A stretch of DNA of 24,125 nucleotides from a virus (lineage: Duplodnaviria; Caudoviricetes): the IMG/VR virus record IMGVR_UViG_3300028792_000010, positions 1-24,125 of that record; one strand, 5' to 3'. The notes under the pieces are model-generated. The model searched no databases. It had not been told where the DNA came from and saw only the letters and a program-made list of their open reading frames with translations. This document shows positions 15,935-24,125 of the stretch, piece after piece. Positions within the stretch are counted from its first letter, which is position 1. The number at the start of each line of letters is the position of its first letter. Both the position numbers and the translations under genes were made by a program.

Positions 15935-16516
15935 TCACGCGGTGCGCACCAGGGCGACGCGGCCGATGCCCATGGTCTTGCCGGCCGCCGGTGTGGCGCG
16001 GAGCTTGCGGCCGCCGGCGGTGAAGCCACCGATGGCGACGCCGACGACGTTGAGGACGACCGGGGCGGTGTAGCTGCCGCCGGCGAAGTTGGTGGTCCCG
16101 AGGGTCGCGAAGATCCCGTCGCCGTCGTCGATGCCCCAGGTCACATTCCCGCGGCTGGAGTCGGAGTCGCCCCAGACGATGAGGTTGTAGGTGCCAGGCC
16201 CGATGGCGAGGTTCCACTCCATGATGTCGCCGGTGTAGGCGAACCCGCCCACAGGGAAGGCGGCGGCGGCGATCAGCGAGACCGAGGTCGAGCACTTCCA
16301 GAACCCGTTGTCGGTCATCGACATGCCCATCGCGGCGTAGGGCTCGTCGACCCACCGGTAGCCGATCGGGTAGGCGTCCCCGACGCCGCCACCGCCACCG
16401 GTGCCGCTGGGTGGGGGGCCGAGGACGACCTTGTCGCCGGCGACCTGGGGCAGGTAGCCGTCGGGGGCGCCGGCGGGGTCGAGGTAGGCGACGGGGAGGC
16501 GGTCGGTCATGGTCAT
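15935..16516 (-). CDS. Minor tail protein, putative carbohydrate-binding
   Basis: ATG 16516 (ATGA overlap). Short N-terminal anchor, PPPSGTGGGGG linker, then a beta-sandwich-like C-terminus. Confidence 0.65.
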   Translation of the reverse strand: MTMTDRLPVAYLDPAGAPDGYLPQVAGDKVVLGPPPSGTGGGGGVGDAYPIGYRWVDEPYAAMGMSMTDNGFWKCSTSVSLIAAAAFPVGGFAYTGDIMEWNLAIGPGTYNLIVWGDSDSSRGNVTWGIDDGDGIFATLGTTNFAGGSYTAPVVLNVVGVAIGGFTAGGRKLRATPAAGKTMGIGRVALVRTA

Positions 16517-17907
16517 GCCTCCGGGGTGACGAAGCTCGAGGGTCCGGTGGCCACGTCCCAGTAGCCGGCCCGGTAGACCTTCCCGGAGACGTAGCGGCTG
16601 TCGGGGTTGCCGACCTGCATCGGACCGTTCGGGGTGTTGATAGGCGTGGCGGGCGCCGAGTCGGTGGCGACGAGGACGCCGTCGACGTAGAGGTTGATGA
16701 CTCCGGTGGCGTGGGACCAGTTGGCGACCACCGTGTGCCGGCCGCCGGTGATGACCGGCCCGGTGAGGGTGTAGTCGGCGTGCGGGAACACGAAGTAGGC
16801 GTGTCCGCTGGGGTCGGCGCCGAACTTGAAGGCCCACTGGTAGAAGAACGCCCAGGGGGCGTCGATGACGACCTGCTCCCCGCCGGTGGTGTTGAGGTTG
16901 GCGTCGAAGGCGAGGGTGAACTCGCCCGTGGGGTCGAGGTGAGGGCTGGAGCCCACACCCGGAGTGACGTTCTGGTAGTCGGTGCCGTTGAAGAACATGG
17001 CGTCGTTGGCCAGCGACATCACCGACGGATTGGACACGGCACCGGTGTAGCCGTGGCCGGACAGGTCGGGTACCGAGATTTCGCCGGCTGTCATCCCGGT
17101 GAAGTCGAAGTACCAGACCGCGGTCGGAGGCGCAACCGGCGGCGGCGCCGGGCCGAGGTAGTAGGCGTAGTGCACCCAGATCTCAGACCCCTCGGGCTCG
17201 AACCCGGTCAGCGGCCACGTAATCATCTGTGTGTCGTAGTCGACGGTGTAGTTCGACGGTCGCTGCGGGATGCCGAGGACCGCGACCAGCGACTCTGCGA
17301 CCGGTCGATGCGACAGCGAGACCGTCGCCGTCCCTGCCGTCACCTCGCTGGCGGTGATGACGTGGTAGTCGTCGGCCTCGAACCGGAGAGGCTTCGCGGT
17401 TGACGGGCGCCCGACCGCAGTGACGGTCCACTCCGCGCCGTCGCGCTCGAGCGTGCAGGGCTCGCCCGGGCCGCCGCGGTCACCGTTAGCGAGGCCGTGA
17501 ACCTGCTCCCCGACGACGGCCTCGATCGGGTCGCCCTGGAACCGAGCGCCAGCAGGGAGCACCTCGGCGTTCTGGAGCGTGTCCGGCTCGCCGTAGAGGT
17601 TGTTCCAGGCGACGACGGCGGTGTCCTCGTCGTCGGCGTTCAGCGCGGTCGTGAGCGGCGCCGCCAGCACGATGGTCTGGGCGCCGGACTCCTCGTCGTC
17701 GATCGTGTCGACGTAGCGCAGCAGCTGGCCCTGCACCTGGACCCAACCGCCCGGGGCGTCGGTGTCGTCGGTGCCGGCGGCGTTGAACGGGGAGACGTCG
17801 TCGACCTGGATCTGGGTGGCGCCGATCGCGGCGTCGGCGGTCAGGGTCGTTCTGGCGGGCTCCTCCCAGACGACCAGGATCCGGCCGGTCACCGTCTCGC
17901 GGCTCAT
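16513..17907 (-). CDS. Minor tail protein with C-terminal LamG/ConA-like lectin domain
   Basis: ATG 17907. Motifs WYFDF..DLSGHG, GRHTVVANW..INLYVDGVLV and MQVGN..VSGKV typical of the LamG fold. Confidence 0.75.
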   Translation of the reverse strand: MSRETVTGRILVVWEEPARTTLTADAAIGATQIQVDDVSPFNAAGTDDTDAPGGWVQVQGQLLRYVDTIDDEESGAQTIVLAAPLTTALNADDEDTAVVAWNNLYGEPDTLQNAEVLPAGARFQGDPIEAVVGEQVHGLANGDRGGPGEPCTLERDGAEWTVTAVGRPSTAKPLRFEADDYHVITASEVTAGTATVSLSHRPVAESLVAVLGIPQRPSNYTVDYDTQMITWPLTGFEPEGSEIWVHYAYYLGPAPPPVAPPTAVWYFDFTGMTAGEISVPDLSGHGYTGAVSNPSVMSLANDAMFFNGTDYQNVTPGVGSSPHLDPTGEFTLAFDANLNTTGGEQVVIDAPWAFFYQWAFKFGADPSGHAYFVFPHADYTLTGPVITGGRHTVVANWSHATGVINLYVDGVLVATDSAPATPINTPNGPMQVGNPDSRYVSGKVYRAGYWDVATGPSSFVTPEA

Positions 17908-19079
17908 CGCCGGACCCTCCGGTGCACGGCCGGCCGGTCGAACCACCCGATCGTCATGGGCTGGCTCTGGCCAGCCGCCAGCGGCAGCGTGAACGTGTCG
18001 ACCCGGTCGGTGACCACGCCGCCGGCCAGCGTGCGGAAGGTAGCCATGTCGCCCTGCTCGAGGTGCGGCCACGGCAGGATGCTCGCGGTGAGCTCCTCCT
18101 TGGTGCGGATCACCTCGGCGAGCTTGCGCCGTGCGACCCGTTCGCACTCCGCGTTGGTGCGGTAGTGGTCGTTGCGGACCACGAGCTCCTTGAAGTAAGG
18201 GTCCTCGCCGTTGTCCCGCACCAGCGACCAGGGGCTGTCCGGGTGCGACCGCTTCGGGTAGGCGGTGTAGCTCACGCGCTTCTTCGCGCCGTGGGGCTTG
18301 CGACCGATCACGGTCACCACGTTGTAGAAGTCGTTGCGGTCGCTCGAGCGGTTGACCGCGTCGACAATCTCGCCGTTCTGGCCCGGGTTGAAGGTCCACA
18401 GGGCGTGCTCGGGCAGGTGCCGGGCGGTCGGCACCCCACGGCCGTCGACGTAGAGCTGCAGGTCCATCGACGCGAGCAGCCGGGAGGCCTGGGCCCAGGC
18501 GTGGCCTCGGCGGCCGATGCTGATCGAGTGCGCCAGCTTGGCCCTGCGGTCGGGGAACCGGAACCGGGTGAAGCCCGCGTGCCCGAGGATGGTCTTCGCC
18601 GCGGCGACCTTCGGGGTGCCCTTCTTGATGTGCAGCGGGGTCCAGATCTCACCCATGCCGAGCACCGAGGCGTCGTCGGCCTCGATGTAGACCTCGGCCT
18701 CGGCGCGCTGCAACTTCCAGGGTGCCCCCGTGAACACGGGGCACGACACCCACTCGCCGAGCGCCGGCACACGGACGTTGTAGTGCACTCGCACGAGCCG
18801 GTCGTAGTACAGGCTGCCGTTGCGCAGAGAGGGCGTGTCGAACTTCAGGTCGAACGACGGGTCGAGCAGGGACAGCGTCAACCGGCGCTGTGGGCCGTTG
18901 GGCTGGCCGAAACCATGGCGGTCGCCGAGCACCTGACCGTCGAGGACGTTCGCCGACACGCTCGAGAGCACGTGACCGTCCAGGTCGAGCACGTCGACGT
19001 CGACTTCGGCCTGGTGCGAGGACCGCAGCGTCTGCTCGTAGTCGAAGCGCTGCGCCGCGGTGAACCCCAGCGGGTACAT
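17904..19079 (-). CDS. Minor tail protein (baseplate hub/Tal-like)
   Basis: ATG 19079 (TGATG overlap). Second gene after the TMP. Motifs VLDGQV, LYVDGRG, FYNVVTV and PWPHLEQGD. Confidence 0.75.
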   Translation of the reverse strand: MYPLGFTAAQRFDYEQTLRSSHQAEVDVDVLDLDGHVLSSVSANVLDGQVLGDRHGFGQPNGPQRRLTLSLLDPSFDLKFDTPSLRNGSLYYDRLVRVHYNVRVPALGEWVSCPVFTGAPWKLQRAEAEVYIEADDASVLGMGEIWTPLHIKKGTPKVAAAKTILGHAGFTRFRFPDRRAKLAHSISIGRRGHAWAQASRLLASMDLQLYVDGRGVPTARHLPEHALWTFNPGQNGEIVDAVNRSSDRNDFYNVVTVIGRKPHGAKKRVSYTAYPKRSHPDSPWSLVRDNGEDPYFKELVVRNDHYRTNAECERVARRKLAEVIRTKEELTASILPWPHLEQGDMATFRTLAGGVVTDRVDTFTLPLAAGQSQPMTIGWFDRPAVHRRVRR

Positions 19080-20899
19080 CAGCTGTCCGACTCGATGAAC
19101 CGGAAGGTCACACGGCGCTTCAGGGCACCCTTGAAGGACAGCGGGTGCGGTGCGTCGGTGACGTTCCAGATCCGGACGTCCTCGGAGTAGTCCGCGGCGA
19201 TCAGACGGACCGGTTCGTTGAGCTTGCGCATCGTGCGCAGGTCGGCGCGGAGACTCTTGACCGAGCGGCTGTCGGTGGCCATCAGGAGCCCGGTGAACGA
19301 CCCACCGAGCGCGCCCAGCGAGTTGCGGATCAGGACCTTCTGGCCGCGCCCCTGCACGTCGTAGACGCCGACCTGGTCCTCGACGGTCCAGTCGTCGATG
19401 CCGTCGCCGGACAGCGGCACCGAGAGGCCGTGCTTGATCGACACCAGCCACAGACCCTCGGGCTCCACGGTCGCGGTGATCGTGTTGGACCAGACGGACT
19501 GCTGCCCATCGAACACCGCTCGGACCTGGAACTCGTGCGCCGACAGCGGTACGGCGGCGGCCTGCCGGAACACGTAGTGCCCGCTGGTCGCGTCGTAGAT
19601 GTCCGCGGCGTCGACCTTCACGTCGGTGACGTCGCCGTCGCGGCGGAAGGTGAAGGTGTCCGGCGGGTCGCTGACGGTCACCGCGAGGTCCACGGCCGGG
19701 TAGTCCGCGACCGAGACCAGAGTCGGGGTCGGCACCCCGGGGACGTCGTCGACGGTGAAGCTCACGACCGTGCGGGTGTGCCGCGGGTCGCCGGAGGACG
19801 CCACGCGGGACTCGTCGTCCCAGGTGTCGAACTGCGCCTGGTAGGCCTCCCCGTCGACCAGGACATTCTTCGGGACCTCCCACGAGAACGTCGTGCCGGA
19901 CGCGCGCTTGACCCTCGAGCTCGCGAGCACGTTCGAGGGGTCCGCGGGGTCGACGACCCGGATCCGCCACGTGTCGATCGCGGCGGAGGCGGTGGCCATC
20001 AGGATCGGGGTCAGGTCGTGCACCACGCCGGCGGCGGGGTTGGCCACCGTGTGGGTCACCTTCGCCTTGCGTGTGATCGGGTACCAGTCGGACCACGCAG
20101 ACGGCGCGCCCGAGGCGTTGACCCACAGGCAGCGGTGGTAGGTGGCTGCGCCGAGGACCAGGCCGGCGAACGTCGGCGAGGTGGTCGTGCTCAGATCGAG
20201 CTCGAGAGCCACGGCGGTCTGCAGCCCGGAGTCCCAGTCGGGGCTGGTGCCGTCGGGGGAGACACCGGTGGCCGGGGTGTCGATCTGCCAGCGGACCTGA
20301 GCGACGTCCTCCTCGGCGGTGGTGTCGTCGGCGTGCGCGGTCACGATCGGCTTGGCCAGTGAGGTGGTGCCGGACGGCGACAGGTCGGTCGGCTTGGCCG
20401 GCTTGCGGGTCCACTCGGCGTAGAGCTGCGGCGGCTTGGAGGCGCCCTGACCCTGCAGCCAGAGCGGCGTCGCGTTGCTCGACTCGATTCGCCAGCCGTA
20501 GTTCTTCACCTGACCGTAGCCGTTGGCGATCGTGTTCAGGTGGGCCTGGACGTCGAACTCGACGAGGTCGCCCTTGCGGGGGTTGACCAGCGTCACGCCC
20601 GGCATGCTGGCGCCCGTCACGCCGGGCATGTTGTCCCACTTCAGGTCTCCCCAGTCCGGGGCGCTGGCCGTGCGGCGTGCAACGAGGTCGAACGTGCCCG
20701 CAGCGTCCTCAGCGACCCAGAAGCGCAGGGCTCCGTCCGTGCACGCGTCGCCGAACGGCACCGGGCTGCTGCGGCGTACGAACGCGTAGTTGGCCAGGTG
20801 CGCGACCTTGAGCTTCACGGCCTCGTTGTGAGGCGTCGTCGGCTTGACCGAGCCGACCCAGGCCTCGTGGCCCCCGCTGATCGTGGCGTGCTGCGTCAC
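19079..20899 (-). CDS. Minor tail protein (distal tail-like) with N-terminal DNRLRE-like domain
   Basis: First gene after the TMP. N-terminal AWV..KP, W..LKWDNMP, EFDV, NYGWRI and PPQL pattern, followed by beta-rich Ig/FN3-like segments. Confidence 0.72.
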   Translation of the reverse strand: MTQHATISGGHEAWVGSVKPTTPHNEAVKLKVAHLANYAFVRRSSPVPFGDACTDGALRFWVAEDAAGTFDLVARRTASAPDWGDLKWDNMPGVTGASMPGVTLVNPRKGDLVEFDVQAHLNTIANGYGQVKNYGWRIESSNATPLWLQGQGASKPPQLYAEWTRKPAKPTDLSPSGTTSLAKPIVTAHADDTTAEEDVAQVRWQIDTPATGVSPDGTSPDWDSGLQTAVALELDLSTTTSPTFAGLVLGAATYHRCLWVNASGAPSAWSDWYPITRKAKVTHTVANPAAGVVHDLTPILMATASAAIDTWRIRVVDPADPSNVLASSRVKRASGTTFSWEVPKNVLVDGEAYQAQFDTWDDESRVASSGDPRHTRTVVSFTVDDVPGVPTPTLVSVADYPAVDLAVTVSDPPDTFTFRRDGDVTDVKVDAADIYDATSGHYVFRQAAAVPLSAHEFQVRAVFDGQQSVWSNTITATVEPEGLWLVSIKHGLSVPLSGDGIDDWTVEDQVGVYDVQGRGQKVLIRNSLGALGGSFTGLLMATDSRSVKSLRADLRTMRKLNEPVRLIAADYSEDVRIWNVTDAPHPLSFKGALKRRVTFRFIESDS

Positions 20900-23730
20900 C
20901 TGGGTCTCCGTCCGGTCACGCGGCCGTAGTCGTCATTGGCGGTGACCTCACCAGCGGCGATGTCGCGCACCAACGCGGTGAAGGCCTGGCCCTCGACCAC
21001 CAGCTGGACGCGACGCGGGAGGCCGCTCGAGCCGCCGGCCATCTTGTCGGCGGCGCGCTGGAGAGACGCGGCCGCGCCGCTGAGGTCGCTGCTGCCGTAG
21101 GAGCGGCCGGTGAACATCTCGTTGAGCCGGTTGCGGCTCTGGCCGTGAGGGGTCACGGTCATCGGGGCCTTGGGCTCGACGATCTCCGGGCCGTGCTCGC
21201 CGACCAGGTAGCGGCCGCCGGGGAACTGGTCGCCACCTAACGCCTGGGCGCCGGTCAGGTGGGTGAACTTGTCCTCGCCCTGGGTCACGATCTGGGTCCG
21301 GATGTACCGCGGCACCCGGCCCAGCAGGGCGGCATAAGCGTCGAGCGCGTCGACGGCCGTCGGCAATCCCGGGGTCTCGAAGTGGGTCTGCACTACGGCG
21401 GGCATGTCGAGGATGTGGTCGGCGTAGTCCTGCGCCGCCTTCTTGGTCATCCCCAGCTCTTGCGCCACCTCGATCAGCTTCTTGCGGCTGCGGTTGTAGG
21501 CGGCCTGGACCTTGTCCTCGGAGCCGGTGAGCTTCTCGGTGGTGTCGATCTGGTTCTGGTAGTGCTTCGCCAGGCCGTCGAGCATCGCGCTGAACTCGTC
21601 GCCCGACTTGGTGCCGGCCTTGAACGCGCCCTGCAGGCTGCCGTGGTCCTTGCGGTACTGGTGCAGCGCGTCGCGGATGTCCCGGAGCGACTGGCGAACC
21701 TGGCGGCCGGCGTCGCGCTGGTTGAGGTAGTCCGCGGAGAGGTCCTGCAGCTCCTGGCCGAGGGTCTTGGTCTCCTGGGTGAGGTCGCTGGCGGCCGCGG
21801 CCCCGTCCTTCCACGCCTGGGTGGTGCCCTTCTGCGCACCGGTCACGCTCTTGGCGGCTGTCCCGGTGGCTCCCATGGCCTCGTGCTGGAGCTCCCACTC
21901 CGTGCGCGACTTGGCCAGCGTGCCGTTGGTGTCGTTCAGCGCAGCCGAGAGCACGCGCGCCTTGTTGCTGGCGTCGATCTGGGCGCCCGTGTAGTTGTTC
22001 ACACCCGAACCGGTCGAGGCGCTGAGGATGATCAAGTCCTGCAGCGCGCCGTTCACCGATGCGAGCGCGTCCTTGTTGCCGAGCGCTGCGTCGGTGACCG
22101 TGGCCAGGTTGAGCCCGAGGGTCTTCGCGGAGCTGAGAGCGCCTTCGTCGTTGAGCTTCTTGATCGCCCACTGACGGGAGTTCTCGGTGATGGCTCCGGT
22201 CTGGGCGTCGAGCGTTGCCTTGAGGTCGTCGACCTGGCGGGCGGCCTCGCCGTGCTTGACGGCGAAGATCGTCAGGGCGGCGATGCCGCCGGCGATGGCC
22301 AGTCCCCAAGGACCGGCGAGGATGCTGCCCAGCCCCATCAGCTTGGTGCCCGCCGTCTTCAGGGGACCGGCCTGGAGCTCGGTGATCGCAGCTTTGAACG
22401 CGACGATCTTGGGGATGGCCATCAGCGCGGCCCCGCCGAACAGGGAAACCGCACCAGCGGCCAGTCCGAGGATCGTCATCGTGGTGCGCAGGGGGCCGGG
22501 CAGGTCCTCCCACGTCGACGCCAGGTCCGCGACGACGCCCGCGAGCGACGACAGCGCCGGCAGGACCGAGCCGCCGACGGTGATCGCGGCGTCACGCAGG
22601 TTGTTGCGTGCGACCGCGATCTTCGAGGCGGTGGTCTGGTAGCGCTGGTTCGCCTCGTTGACGAGAGCGTTGTTGGCCTCCCAGGCGTGCCGGGACTGCT
22701 CGAGGCTGGTGGACACCTGGTCGCCGGCGCCGGCGAGCCGGAGCATCACCTGGAGGTTCTGGGTGCCGTGGATGCCGAGCTGCCCGAGCACACCGATCAC
22801 GTCGCCGCCGGAGGCCTTCACCCGGCCCAGGCCCTGGAGCACCATGTCGAAGGCGTGGACCGGGTCCTTGCCGAACACCTCGGCGAACTTCTCGCCGGTG
22901 GTGCCGGCGACGTGGGCGAGCTGGTCGAGGGCTGCGCCGCCGCCCTTCACGGTCTGGTAGAGCCGCAGCAGCACCCGGGAGGCCGCGCCGCCGCCGAGGT
23001 CGGCCTGGATGCCGAGGTTGGCCATCGAGGCCGCGAGAGCCAGCACGTCGGGCTCGGAGGCGCCGATCAGCTTGCCGGCGCCCGAGAGCCGTTTGGCCAG
23101 CTCCATGATGTCCGCCTCGGTGGAGGCTCCCTTGTTTCCGAGGTAGGCCAGGGAGGACCCGACCCGCTCGACGTCGGAGGGTACGGCGCCCATGACGTTC
23201 ATGAACTGTGCGATCGCGGTGGCGGCCTCGTCGGCCGTCATGTTGGTGGTCTGGCCGAGGTCGATCATCGTCTTGGTGAAGGCCGCGACGTTCTCACGCT
23301 GGACGCCGAGCTGACCGGCGCTCTCGGCCACCGCGGCGATCTCCTCGTGCGAGGCCGGGAGCGTCTTCGCGAGTTGGCGAAGCTGGCCCTCGAGCTCACC
23401 CATCTGCTCGGTGGAGCCGCTGACTGTCTTCGTGACGCCGGTCCAGGCCGACTCCCACTTCACGGCCTCGTTGGTGGCAAGCGCGAAACCGGCCAGCACC
23501 GCGGCACCGAAAGCGGTGGCGGCCTGGCCGGTCTTCGTCATCGCGGCGTGCTGGCGCTCGAGCGCGCCGTTGACCTGGTCGTCGATCTCCTTCTCCAGGG
23601 ACCGGATGTCCGCGGACAGCCGGGCGAGCGAGGAGTCGTAGTTCAGGGTGGCGCGCTGCGCGCGGGCCAGGCTGGCCTCGAAGTCCTTGGTGGTGGCGTC
23701 GATCTTGACGTTGAGGTCTTCGCCGCTCAT
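20896..23730 (-). CDS. Tape measure protein (TP901-like)
   Basis: 944 aa, Ala-rich and helical. Motifs WESAWTGVTKTV, AESAGQLGV, GSSLAYLGN and C-terminal YLVGEHGPEI. ATG 23730 with GAGGTGG RBS. Confidence 0.93.
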   Translation of the reverse strand: MSGEDLNVKIDATTKDFEASLARAQRATLNYDSSLARLSADIRSLEKEIDDQVNGALERQHAAMTKTGQAATAFGAAVLAGFALATNEAVKWESAWTGVTKTVSGSTEQMGELEGQLRQLAKTLPASHEEIAAVAESAGQLGVQRENVAAFTKTMIDLGQTTNMTADEAATAIAQFMNVMGAVPSDVERVGSSLAYLGNKGASTEADIMELAKRLSGAGKLIGASEPDVLALAASMANLGIQADLGGGAASRVLLRLYQTVKGGGAALDQLAHVAGTTGEKFAEVFGKDPVHAFDMVLQGLGRVKASGGDVIGVLGQLGIHGTQNLQVMLRLAGAGDQVSTSLEQSRHAWEANNALVNEANQRYQTTASKIAVARNNLRDAAITVGGSVLPALSSLAGVVADLASTWEDLPGPLRTTMTILGLAAGAVSLFGGAALMAIPKIVAFKAAITELQAGPLKTAGTKLMGLGSILAGPWGLAIAGGIAALTIFAVKHGEAARQVDDLKATLDAQTGAITENSRQWAIKKLNDEGALSSAKTLGLNLATVTDAALGNKDALASVNGALQDLIILSASTGSGVNNYTGAQIDASNKARVLSAALNDTNGTLAKSRTEWELQHEAMGATGTAAKSVTGAQKGTTQAWKDGAAAASDLTQETKTLGQELQDLSADYLNQRDAGRQVRQSLRDIRDALHQYRKDHGSLQGAFKAGTKSGDEFSAMLDGLAKHYQNQIDTTEKLTGSEDKVQAAYNRSRKKLIEVAQELGMTKKAAQDYADHILDMPAVVQTHFETPGLPTAVDALDAYAALLGRVPRYIRTQIVTQGEDKFTHLTGAQALGGDQFPGGRYLVGEHGPEIVEPKAPMTVTPHGQSRNRLNEMFTGRSYGSSDLSGAAASLQRAADKMAGGSSGLPRRVQLVVEGQAFTALVRDIAAGEVTANDDYGRVTGRRPR

Positions 23731-23750
23731 GGCCACCACCACCTCTCAGG

Positions 23751-24083
23751 TCACACGTGCTTGTGCTGCAAGGTCAGGTGCCAGCCGTGCTGTGTGCCGT
23801 CGCCGGCCGGAGGTCCGGCCTCGCGAGCCTGCGCGATTAGCTCGCAGACCCGGCAGTGCTTCCAGACCGCGACCATGGCGTTGGGGTGGCCGCCGAGGGC
23901 CGGGTTCCAGACCGTGGGGTGCACGCCGCACTCCCCGCACTTCTCGTGCTCGAACAGCCGCTTGCCGACGGCGGCGGCCTGGTCGTCGACCTCCCAGCCG
24001 TTGAACTCCGAGAGCGGGAGCTGGTAGTCGTCGGCGACCTCGAGCCGGGCCCGGTACTCCGGGTCGACGGCTAGTCTTTTGGG
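23751..24083 (-). CDS. Tail assembly chaperone, frameshifted T portion
   Basis: The -1 frame from the slippery site reads PKRLAVDPEY...CGECG...CRVC...HKHV and ends just upstream of the TMP. Confidence 0.8.
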   Translation of the reverse strand, partial: PKRLAVDPEYRARLEVADDYQLPLSEFNGWEVDDQAAAVGKRLFEHEKCGECGVHPTVWNPALGGHPNAMVAVWKHCRVCELIAQAREAGPPAGDGTQHGWHLTLQHKHV

Positions 24084-24125
24084 ACTGCGTCCGCCATCGT
24101 CTGGCGGTTGCACTCCAGCGCGCGG
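24071..24125 (-). CDS. Tail assembly chaperone G, 3' end (5' part beyond window)
   Basis: ...RALECNRQTMADAVPKD-stop (TAG at 24073-24071). Confidence 0.75.
   Translation of the reverse strand, partial: RALECNRQTMADAVPKD
24077..24083 (-). promoter_or_regulatory. Programmed -1 ribosomal frameshift slippery site C CCA AAA
   Basis: X XXY YYZ heptamer one codon (GAC) before the G stop. A -1 shift enters the T frame. Confidence 0.85.

Noticed and set aside
14170-20639. Long N-terminal extensions in the ORF track (e.g. 14170..15231, 16513..18399, 17904..20639)
   Set aside because: They overlap upstream genes out of frame and translate to Arg/Pro-rich junk. True starts are marked by ATGA/GTGA/TGATG overlaps.
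21259-24027. 922-aa plus-strand ORF, and similar long antisense ORFs at 9153-10310, 17922-19190 and 19145-20362
   Set aside because: These are antisense shadows of high-GC3 genes, with no motifs or translation signals. Only the last 81 codons of 9153..10556 look real.

Overview
A 24-kb central segment of a high-GC temperate siphovirus of an actinomycete. The host is probably a non-mycolate genus, since no LysB lies in the lysis cassette and an SsgA-like gene is present. Read on the minus strand from the right end: tail assembly chaperone G/GT with a -1 frameshift, tape measure, four minor tail genes, lysis cassette (two membrane proteins, Amidase_2 endolysin, holin), a post-lysis pair (93-aa beta protein and 542-aa beta-propeller glycoside-hydrolase-like protein), a convergent plus-strand Wzy/WaaL-family gene, an apparently intact 50-bp attP, a large serine integrase, a plus-strand immunity cassette (repressor, ImmA-type protease, DUF732-like lipoprotein), Cro, a structured leader with a boxA-like motif, and an early operon (SsgA-like protein, several Zn-finger proteins, Cas4-like exonuclease, orphan MTase, SSB-like protein, SNF2 helicase). 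The most notable points are a phage-encoded SsgA-family cell-division protein, a putative depolymerase plus polysaccharide-polymerase cassette, PafBC/RecA-NDp-like promoters on the anti-repressor and on an attP-adjacent gene, and a TAnnnT-N7-start leaderless design on all five plus-strand genes. All family calls come from motif recognition by eye; no database searches were run.
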